DNA of 64,000 bases, from positions 87,482,001 through 87,546,000 of the forward strand of contig NC_042999.1 of assembly GCF_006345805.1 (NCBI RefSeq), read 5' to 3'. The DNA is from Octopus sinensis (lineage: Eukaryota). Positions 52,327 through 64,000 of the stretch are shown here, in pieces (positions within the stretch are counted from its first letter, which is position 1; each line of letters starts with the position of its first letter). The position numbers were made by a program, and so were the translations under genes. The notes beneath the pieces are model-generated. The model was not told where the DNA came from. It saw only the letters and a program-made list of their open reading frames with translations, and searched no databases.

Positions 52327-52406
<80 letters not shown>

Positions 52407-52582
52407 CACACAGAGATAGACAGATTAAACACGCACACACAAGTAGTTCAATGTCTTTCTGTTCATCTCTGTCTTTCTTCCTCCTCTCTCTCCTTTGCTA
52501 TATAACTTTTCTTTCTTTCCGAATATCTATGCTGCTCTCTCTCTCTCTCTCTCTCTCTCTCTAGCTCTCTCTCTCTCTCTCC

Positions 52583-52618
<36 letters not shown>

Positions 52619-53186
52619 ACGCTCATCTTTCCCTAGCTTTAAATTATTTGGACTTCATACAAACTATTGAATTTCAGGTACAATTAAAGTTGAATATAAA
52701 TGTAATATAAAGTTGATTTCCAAGAGTACCGGCATGCCACAGCCAAAGATACACACACACACACACACACACAAGCTCTCTCTCTCTCTCACGTGCACAC
52801 AAACACACATACACAAGCATACACACATATTTATACATACGTACATTTCAATGCATACGTACGCACATTACATATGCATAAATGCATACTTTCATCTTTG
52901 GTACTGTCTGTCTATCTCCTTCCTCTCCCCTCTCTCTCTCTCTCTCTCTCTTTCATCCCCCCCCCCCTCTCTCACACACATATCCACACTCATGGACAAA
53001 TGCGTGTATAAGTTGGCGTCTATAAAAAAGACATTTCTGAATGTACAGACACACATACACACAAATTCCTTCACTCTGTTATTGCCTTCAGCCACACGAG
53101 GCTGGTCATGCTGGGGCATTGTCAGGTTGCCTATCCCTCTCTCTCCCCCACCCGCTCCCTCTCTCTAGCACACACTCACATGGATG

Positions 53187-53227
<41 letters not shown>

Positions 53228-53289
53228 GTATTTATATATGTATATTTACATACACATATACATAAATACATATATATGTATATTTGCAT

Positions 53290-53332
<43 letters not shown>

Positions 53333-53853
53333 ATATATATGCATGTGTGTGATATGTTTGTGTATCTGTGTTTGTCCCTCCTCCCAAGCATCGCTTGTGT
53401 TTATGTCCCCGTAACATAGCGGTTCGGCAAAAAAAGACCGATAGAATAAGTACTAGGCTTCCAAAGAATAAGTACTGGGGTCAATTTGCTCGACTAAAGG
53501 CGGTGCTCCAGCATGGCCGCAGTCAAATGAGTGAAACAAGTAACAGAACAAAAGAATAAAAGAATATAGATATATTTATTTATTAGTGTGGTGTGTGTGT
53601 GTGTGGTGTGTGCATGCATGTTGTATGCTGTATATATACGTATTGTTTATGTATATATGTAACACGTGCAAATACATACACGCCTATGCACACATATACG
53701 CATACATCTATGCATACGAATATATTAGTATACAAACACATACACGCACATACATACATACAGGTTTGTGTACGTGCATGTATCGTATGTATATATATAT
53801 CAAAAGATTATAATATTGCCTATCTCTGAACTATCATCGTCATCATCATCATC

Positions 53854-53919
<66 letters not shown>

Positions 53920-54044
53920 GTCATCATCACCGTCATCATGCATAACAAATCGGTAGTCTGAATACATTTTATGTGCCAGTGTATATACAGTGTGGACTCA
54001 TCCATTAAAATACATATTGACATTTGCGCTTTTGTATATATCTC

Positions 54045-54076
<32 letters not shown>

Positions 54077-54253
54077 ACACACACACACACACACACACCA
54101 CACACACACACATATATATATATATACACACAGAGATAGACAGATTAAACACGCACACACAAGTAGTTCAATGTCTTTCTGTTCATCTCTGTCTTTCTTC
54201 CTCCTCTCTCTCCTTTGCTATATAACTTTTCTTTCTTTCCGAATATCTATGCT

Positions 54254-54287
<34 letters not shown>

Positions 54288-54305
54288 CTCTCTCTCTCTC
54301 TCTCC

Positions 54306-54347
<42 letters not shown>

Positions 54348-54657
54348 ACGCTCATCTTTCCCTAGCTTTAAATTATTTGGACTTCATACAAACTATTGAA
54401 TTTCAGGTACAATTAAAGTTGAATATAAATGTAATATAAAGTTGATTTCCAAGAGTACCGGCATGCCACAGCCAAAGATACACACACACACACACACACA
54501 CACAAGCTCTCTCTCTCTCTCACGTGCACACAAACACACATACACAAGCATACACACATATTTATACATACGTACATTTCAATGCATACGTACGCACATT
54601 ACATATGCATAAATGCATACTTTCATCTTTGGTACTGTCTGTCTATCTCCTTCCTCT

Positions 54658-54693
<36 letters not shown>

Positions 54694-55031
54694 ATCCCCC
54701 CCCCCCTCTCTCACACACATATCCACACTCATGGACAAATGCGTGTATAAGTTGGCGTCTATAAAAAAGACATTTCTGAATGTACAGACACACATACACA
54801 CAAATTCCTTCACTCTGTTATTGCCTTCAGCCACACGAGGCTGGTCATGCTGGGGCATTGTCAGGTTGCCTATCCCTCTCTCTCTCCCCCACCCGCTCCC
54901 TCTCTCTAGCACACACTCACATGGATGTATTTATATATATATATATATAATATATATATATACACACATGTATTTATATATGTATATTTACATACACATA
55001 TACATAAATACATATATATGTATATTTGCAT

Positions 55032-55070
<39 letters not shown>
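51625..55070 (+). repeat. About 1.72-kb tandem duplication (51625-53340 and 53341-about 55070)
   Basis: Unique segments match at an offset starting at 1716; differences are confined to microsatellite tracts; both ends lie in (TA)n. Confidence 0.92.
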
Positions 55071-55076
<6 letters not shown>

Positions 55077-55214
55077 AGAATAGTTATTTATGTGAATTCT
55101 TATGAATATCTAATTCTGTATATATATGCATGCATATGTACGTGTGTGGTTAAGAAAGCTTGCTTTTGTGTATCACTATCTATCTATCTATATCTATCTA
55201 TCTATCTATCTATA

Positions 55215-55277
<63 letters not shown>

Positions 55278-55394
55278 TTTTCTATCCTTTTGATCGAAAC
55301 TCCCCCTTCCTTTTTTTTTTTTTTTTTTTTTTTTTAAACCTTCAAAAGAAAAGCTCTACCTTGTAATTTGTTCTATCTGTGTGCAGCCCTGTGT

Positions 55395-55411
55395 GGCTAA
55401 TAAAGAAACAT

Positions 55412-55476
<65 letters not shown>

Positions 55477-55523
55477 ATCTATCTATCTATCTATCTATCT
55501 GTCTGTCTATCTATCTATCTATC

Positions 55524-55560
<37 letters not shown>

Positions 55561-55632
55561 CTATCTATCTATCTATCTGTCTATCTATCTATCTTCTATC
55601 TATCTATCTATCTATCTATATCTATCTATCTG

Positions 55633-55699
<67 letters not shown>

Positions 55700-55745
55700 G
55701 TCTATCTATCTATCTTCTATCTATCTATCTCTATCTATCTATCTC

Positions 55746-55815
<70 letters not shown>

Positions 55816-55828
55816 ATCTCTCTATCTA

Positions 55829-55920
<92 letters not shown>
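55395..55920. repeat. Long compound (CTAT)n/(CTGT)n microsatellite
   Basis: Direct reading; it explains the SIYL-repeat ORFs. Confidence 0.95.
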
Positions 55921-55921
<1 letters not shown>

Positions 55922-56229
55922 TTTTCTTTAATATACCTGCTACTTTGATCTTTAGTTTGTTGTAGCAATCACAACAAAGTCCATGCTGGAGCATTGTTTG
56001 CGAACAAAACTTTCGAGAAATTTAGCAAAGTGCCCACACCGTGCCAGAATTAGCAGCTAAATCTCTTTCAAATCACAGCTCAGCATCTTTATATACATCG
56101 TATAACACTCTGAACAAGTGATCTTAGATAACAAAAGAAAAAAAAAAAGGAAAAGAGTGTTGATGATGGTCATGGATGGAGCATCTCTTGTCATAGGTCC
56201 GCGCAGTGAAGTCTGGCTTGGTACTGAAA

Positions 56230-56582
<353 letters not shown>

Positions 56583-57145
56583 TTTGGTCTGAGATGCGGT
56601 ACTCGTGCACGGCTAGTACCGTCCACCTGACAAACTCCCTACCAACACGTTATGCCGCATGGAATGGTCTCCGGATGTAAACTCCTAAGCATACTCGACA
56701 CGAAATAATGCAAAGTTTATATAAAAATATACAGGGGGGCACATATGTGTACATACACACGCATGTTTATATATGGGTGTGTTTATGTGTATGTGTGAAT
56801 GTTTATATGTGTGTAAACGTTTGTTGGTCGACAGTTATAGTTTTGTGCATATAGATGTGGTTGTGTTATTTTCGTTTGTTTTTGTGTAGAATTATGACCA
56901 TTGTTTAATGCTTATGATTACAGACATAATAAATAAACATTTAATTTGGGTCTTATACCTCTTATGGCCATCGGTCTGAATGCAGATATATATCTATGAA
57001 TAAATCTACACACACACATACATATACATTCATACATGCATCTCTCTCCCCCTCGCTCTCTCTCTATATATATTTATATATACATACATGCATACATGCG
57101 CACACACACACATACATACTCACATACATACATACATACATACAG

Positions 57146-57206
<61 letters not shown>

Positions 57207-57230
57207 CATATATATATATATATATAAATG

Positions 57231-57266
<36 letters not shown>

Positions 57267-57344
57267 AATGTATATATATACCTGTGTGTGTATTCATATA
57301 TATGAAATATGTGTGTGTATATATTTATACACACACATATATAA

Positions 57345-57393
<49 letters not shown>

Positions 57394-57637
57394 ATATAAA
57401 CATGCATGCGTTCATGCAGGTATTGTGTAACTAAACGAACTACATTGATATTTCATAAAGAATATTTTTGAAATTTTGGGAGAATATTTGTTCCCGTAGT
57501 GTATGTGGGATTTTGATTAGTGAATTAATTAGGTTTCGCACACTTATTGATCTGCGCATCAAAAACACACCTATGACTGCATCAGCATCTTCATCATCAT
57601 CCTCCCTCCACCTCATCGTAATCATCACTGCCGTCAG

Positions 57638-57692
<55 letters not shown>

Positions 57693-58854
57693 GACAGCAG
57701 CAGGTTATTAAAAGAGAGAGAGAGAAAGAGCAGATACGGCGAGGCCGAGGAATGTTTGACGAATGAAAGTTAGTGATGCCAAGATCTAAAAACGCCTGAT
57801 TGATCGCCAACTCTAGCCGCAGTTTTGTTGGCATTAAAATTCAATAGAAAACCAATTCCGGAGGAGCTCTGTCTGAAAAAAAAAAAAAATCAAAGAAATA
57901 TTCCCATCCCCCAACAAGAAACAAGAAAAAAAAAACCCAGAAAAAAATACAAAAGAAACAAAAGAAAATCAGGAACAGAAAACAAAAATAGGAAACACGA
58001 ATCAAAACTCCTAGAACAACAATAACAATAACAGCAACAAAGGCACCAGCTGCAGCTGGAATTACAGCGGCACTCTTAGCACCGCCAACGCCACCGATAA
58101 CACCACCAGAATCACCCCAAATACCAGCTTCGTTACAAATACAACACACCACCGCACATCCCCGTAATACTCTGATGATAATGACAACGACTACGGCGAC
58201 CATCACCTCTACCACCGCCATAAACAGCAGCTTCACTACTACCACTAGCACCTCTACTATCTCCCCGCCACTACCTGACACTACCATGCCACCACCTCTA
58301 CTACCACCACCACAGCTGCAAGAAGCTACAAATTAAAGTTCAACATAAAAACAGAAAAGTAAAAGCGCTTTAAGAAGACGCGAGATCGAAAGCCGTAGGA
58401 AATAAGCAGATTAAAGGGCCAAAATTGATTACATTATAGAATGCCGTTGCCCCTGTCAACTTTGCCTTTCATCCTCTTGAGGTTACTAAAATATGTACTG
58501 GCTTCAAAACTGCTGGCCTTGTTCCAAAATTAGAAAGAATTACCTTTATTACCCTTGGCCTAGTTTACATTTGTTATGTCATAGGCTATTATTAGCATCT
58601 TTTTAACTATTCCATTACAAGATCTATTTATCTATCTCTCTATCTATCCATCTATCTTTTACATGTATATGAAAACATTTATGCATATATTTATATATAT
58701 ATGTAGAAAGTCAAATGGCAATTTGGTAAAACATAGCACCAGAAGATTGTGGTAATTAAGTTTGTGGGGAGTATTGCCTAGTGAAGTTTGCCATCTGATT
58801 AATGTTATTAAAATCAAAAGCAAACCCAACTTTGTGACACTTATATACACGTAC

Positions 58855-58885
<31 letters not shown>

Positions 58886-59596
58886 ACATACATCCACCCG
58901 CACGCACACACAATAAGGTAAACACATTCTTTTATTTCCCTGGTTTCTTTCGTTGGTCACTAATCATGTTGCGACTTAAAACGTTATGCTTGATCGCGAT
59001 AATCTTTCTCTGTTTATCTACAACAGACATTCGCAAAATTCCCTAAGTGCATTGCGGTCAAACTGAAACTGGAGTAGAAGACATTTTCCGGCGTATCGCG
59101 CAATGAGATTTAATGCGGAACCACAATGCGAGGTTAAGAACTTCGTTTTGCAATCATTCCTGTTATTTGTAAAGAAAAAAATGCTCATGTGTTGAAACAA
59201 AATCTGGTTATCACCTGATGAGTAGTATTATAGAGCAAGTATAGATCAAAGCTTATATTTTAAATAGAAATTCTAGCTGGAATGCTTGCACAAATTTGGA
59301 CTTAGGTAAAGAAACCAACCAAATAGTCGAATTAAGTTTACCACCCAAAAAGGCCACGGCAATATTTGAACTCACGACGCAAGGATGTAGAACAATTAAT
59401 GCTTTGCAGTGTTGGGTCTTGCCAGTCTTACTGGTCTGCGAATCTATCACTCTTGATTGGTACTTTTCTCAAATCGTTCTCAAAAGATGAAACGCAAAAT
59501 TGATTTGAACTCAGATTGCCGGATGTAAGAACAAATATTGAAAGACATTCCATTTGATGCTATAAACGACTCTGTTAGATATGCATATATAAGCTT

Positions 59597-60610
59597 TGAA
59601 CGAATGAAATTTATCGTTCAGTGCTATTGGAAACTGTCAATTGCAAAGACAGTTCAGGAAGGATTTTTAAATAAGTTTATCTACCTGACTTACCATCACT
59701 TGAATTAGAGATAAGTTTGAAGCAGATGGAACTGTTCAGAATGTCACAAAGAAACGTTCTGAAAGACCGTGGATATCAAAAGGAACTGTGTGGTGAGTCT
59801 TGTGAGATAGGAATTTCAAAATCAAGCGTCTCTTACATTTCGAAGCATTGTCATTAGAAAAATTACATTCCAAGATCACCCAATACCCTCATTGTTGATA
59901 AGCCGATTTGTGGAGTTTTGTGATTGATGCTCGGCAAGATGCGAAGATGCACACCTTCCATGAAAGATCGTTCGGTGTGATGAGACTACGCTTAAATCAA
60001 ATGGCCCAGTAAATCATCTACTGAGGATTCGAATATAGGCATCATGTTAATTTACCAGGAATTACAGTATAGTATAGCTTATTATCAAAACGATTAATTA
60101 GGCCTTTATTTTTACAGTACTGCAACTGGTACCATTTACTTGAACTTGCTACCACAATCTGTCATTCAAGAAGACTTTGAAGATGTGGAGTTAAATTTCC
60201 AGCAAGATGAGACACCCCCAACACTACCATAGTAACTTTTGCCAAACAGCTGGACTGAACGAAGAGAATAAATAGAATAGCCTCAGCGTTCACCGAATTT
60301 CAAACCACAAAACTTTTCTTATAGGGACACTTAAAAGATAAATTTTGAAGTACAAAACTGGCAACAGGCAACGACTTGAGGGCAGCCATTGACGTAGAAT
60401 GCGCACAAGTACCAAACAAAATGTTTCTTGATGTTTGCGATTCCAATGCTTCTTTTTAACAATAGTGCTTGGAGCAGAGTGGTCATCAGTTTTTTAAACA
60501 GGTGTTCATAAAAAATTAGATTGTCTGTAGGTTCTTATAAAATTTCAAAAATGAGATATGATTTAATAAACACTGACATTCAATGTGTGTGTACATTTTT
60601 TTGGACACAC
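59597..60610 (+). mobile_element. Decayed Tc1/mariner-superfamily transposon (maT/DD37D-like motifs)
   Basis: FERMKFIVQCYWKL near the start; FQQDETPP at about 60197-60220 (FQQDGAPP motif); *PQRSPNFKPQNF / FL*GHLKDK at about 60280-60340 (WPPRSPDLTPLDFFLWGHLK motif); TIR-like end tacattttttggacac. Many stops and frameshifts. Confidence 0.8.
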
Positions 60611-60650
60611 ATGCATACACACTCATGCAATACATCTGTGTATATATTTA

Positions 60651-60707
<57 letters not shown>

Positions 60708-63500
60708 ATTATAAAATAAAATATCGTTCCTCTCTTTATTTCTTTCTTCGCAAAGAAAATTGTACAACTAGCACATGATGTATATAAGTTAAAATTAAGA
60801 ATCTGATGGTAATGTATGCACCAATTGTATTACCCTTGACCAATATAAGAGGTAACAGCACTTGATATTCTTTACCACACATACACGTGCACATATGCAC
60901 ATACACATGCTTATATTTGGCATATACTATAAAAATCTATCCAACAATGAAAACATTCTATAATCCATTCAAGAAAATTATACCTCCAGATTAAAAGTTA
61001 AAGAAATGCAACGACCTAAATGCATCAGACAACAACCTATTAAAAATATACAAACCCCAAAGAAAGCATAGTAAATGAATCAGATGTATATTAATATATA
61101 AACTAAATGCATTCTAGTTACGGAGGTGATGAACGCATTATCAAAAACATCATAAAAGCGCATACAAAATCTACTCGGGTAAATCATAAAAAACTAACAG
61201 TAATATTATAAAACGACAGTACAAAAATTAAAAACCATCTTAAACCATAGTTATGCAAATTTACAAACAATTACTAATCATAGCAATGACAAATAATTAT
61301 TAGTTTTATTAATAGTGGTACTAATAACAAACTATAATGTGATTTATGTATCCGAATGCAGACTCGAAAGTTATATACTTTACAAATCTTAAATATTCAT
61401 GTGGTCACACGAATGTGATACTTTTCCTCTGGTGCAATTGCTATGGATTACACTACACAACACAAGCTAAAATTCTTTGAGACTACTAATTTTCTCCTTC
61501 ATTCCCATCCAATCTTTTCTAATCACAACTTTTCTATAACTTATCGATTCTTTACTAATAGCTCTCTCTTCAGAGAAATTCACTGCCTGTTATTGATGAC
61601 TAACCCCTCCCACTAATACGTCAGCTTTCTTGTTTCAGAATCACTAATCTGGTCAATGTAAGATTTCAGCACTGGAAATCTGCTCCGTGCCCTTTATAGT
61701 TAGAACGTGCCTATATAATGCCCTATTTAGGTTGATCGATCCACCTACACAGTGCTCTATATAGGTGGATCGTGCAGATTATAAATTTGTCATCTGTGTA
61801 ATCAGTCACCAGAAACAGTAGCTATTCGATGTTAGCCCTATGTAACTACCTTGCAAAAACTATCAAGGTACGCCTAAAATGTCCCGGAAATCTATTCGTT
61901 ACATGTTAGTTGGAAATGTCTAAACAAGTTTTCGATGCTTTTACACACCTCTGTTATAGTCTAATTCCACATAATGTCCTACCATTCTCTAAGAGTAATG
62001 AGTGGAATATTTTAAAGAATTCTATAGATATGTGAAGCAGCTTGGTTGCCGGTCGCAGTCGAGAAATAATAAGGCATTAGTCTGAAAGCATCACCATCAC
62101 TACACTCCGTATCCAGGACTACCAACTTAGCACCTAAGTTCAGGAAGATCGTCGTTACCTATAATTCAGGCCTTTACGAAAAAATACACAGTGATACTAC
62201 TCAATCTTGGTCGGTCGAAGAAAGAACGAGTACATGTGCACCGGAAATACTGGTTTCGTTGGTGGCTACTATACCTATATCCAGTGATCTTGCTTTTGTG
62301 CCATATATCGCCACATAATTGGAAACAACTAGATGGCATCAACACCTGACACCCTGAATTTCTGGTTACAATATTTGATAGAAACAAATAAGGTGACAAT
62401 AGAGATGTTTAATCAGACCCTAACGGAGCCGAAGGCAGCACGTGATTGGATCACTTAAGGTAAACCATCATAATCTCTAAAAGGTTGGTCCTATAAACTA
62501 CAGAGCTATAACCTGCCTTCAAATATATTACGGAAATGATATAAAAGGAAATATATTAATATTGGGAAATATAGTTTGTTGCCTGAATAATGCAAGAGGT
62601 ACTGGAAAGGTAGATAAAAGCTTGAAAAATCAATTACTAGTAAACAGAACCACAAAGGAAGACTATAGAAAGGGAAAAGAAGTGTTTAGGCTTAGTATGA
62701 ATCGAAAACTAGAAGGCTTTTGGCGACTTGAAGGCTTTTTCGTCCACACAAACCCTGGACACACATTCATGAGATAAGTAACACCAATAATGAGCATTTC
62801 TGTAGGTATAGACAAATAAGTGAGTTCTAAAGCTAATTAATTCAAACATATGTAAAGGCAATGACACGCCCCCGAACCCCGAAGAGAATGGAAATATGCA
62901 AATAAAACTTGTAGCACGAGTTAAAAAGCAGTTCTCAAATCTGAGACTGAAGGCATTTTGATCATGGATCAAGATGAAAGGCTCCACATTAAGTAATTTA
63001 GATTTAAATGCCTTTGAAAATCTGCTCAATCAAGGACTGACATGGAGTTTAATATACAAAAACAACAATTGAAATCCATTTTATAGACTGTTCCACAGAA
63101 AAAGTACATCTTTGCAGGATATGAACTCAGAATGTAAAGATATGTCAGTAAATTCTCGCAAGTATTTAGCTTTATTTCTACCGTTTTGGTTACTCACCCG
63201 CAGTTACCCCATTAAACATGATAACACAGGTGATTTATTTGATTAATATAAAGTACTGATATGGATAATGCTATGAGTGAGAATCATCAACATCACTCTG
63301 ACATCGAAGTAGAAGTATCTTAGTTATAAAATTAATTAGCCTCCAGAGTATCTAAATATATTGAAAACATTTGATGCGAGAGATGCTAAAATGTTAACCA
63401 GTCCTTTGGGAATCTCAGCCTTATGGTATACCTTTGTGAATCATTTAAAATTTTGGAGATGTTCAAGTGAAAAAAATCATTAAACATCAGCTGTTGTATT

Positions 63501-63538
<38 letters not shown>

Positions 63539-63955
63539 GCACACACACATGTATATATGTATGTATACGCTTCTTATCATTAAATCAAAGGTGCCAAAGA
63601 AGTACTCGTATATGCATAAATAAGAAAACAGATGCAACACTTGCACATAAACTTGTATGTACATACACATTCACACAAACAACATTCGCCACACCAAAAC
63701 AATGAAGAGAAAATAACAAGGGCAATAAGAACAAAAGAAAGAATTGGTAACAACAGTAGCATCAGTAGCATCAGCAGCAACGACTGCAGGAACTGCAGTA
63801 GCTGGGAAATATAATCGTTTAGGTCGAAAAGGGGAAGGAAATGCACGATAACCGCCAAAATGACTGTAACTGAATCTTTCGTTCAGACACCATTTCCAGT
63901 TAGTCTTGGAAGAATGCCAACAACCGCAATGTTTAGCATACTGACTACAGCAGTA

Positions 63956-64000
<45 letters not shown>

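Noticed and set aside
58967-59046. Signal-peptide-like MLRLKTLCLIAIIFLCLSTT
   Set aside because: It stops after 26 codons, and its hydrophobicity overlaps a pyrimidine tract.
61300-63060. Non-repetitive-looking stretch that may be a decayed retroelement, with an 11-bp hairpin at 61737-61772
   Set aside because: Too degenerate to assign; no intact RT or ribozyme motif could be read.

Overview
AT-rich eukaryotic DNA saturated with microsatellites ((TA)n, (CA)n, (CT)n, (CTAT)n, (AAT)n, (CTA)n) and tRNA-derived SINEs. The repeat landscape looks like an octopus or other coleoid cephalopod genome (inference, not verified). Only one protein-coding gene is confidently recognisable: an intronless, divergent tektin-3-like CDS at 31997-33457 (+). 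Nearly all other ORF-track entries are translated simple repeats. Mobile DNA includes about three SINE families (one a recurrent dimer with target-site duplications), RTE-type LINE remnants, Penelope-like GIY-YIG fragments, a decayed Tc1/mariner transposase and two MITEs. The most unusual observations are: (1) a complete set of hammerhead-ribozyme core motifs in a reversed, pseudoknotted order at 8857-8916; (2) a 1139-bp apparently exact templated insertion, preceded by a 43-bp fold-back, that splits a SINE at 44.4-45.8 kb; (3) a pre-miRNA-like 21-bp hairpin carried in both copies of that segment; (4) the tektin retrogene-like locus. Several duplications bounded by (TA)n may be assembly artefacts. 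Everything was read by eye; repeat-edge coordinates are approximate and no database search was run.
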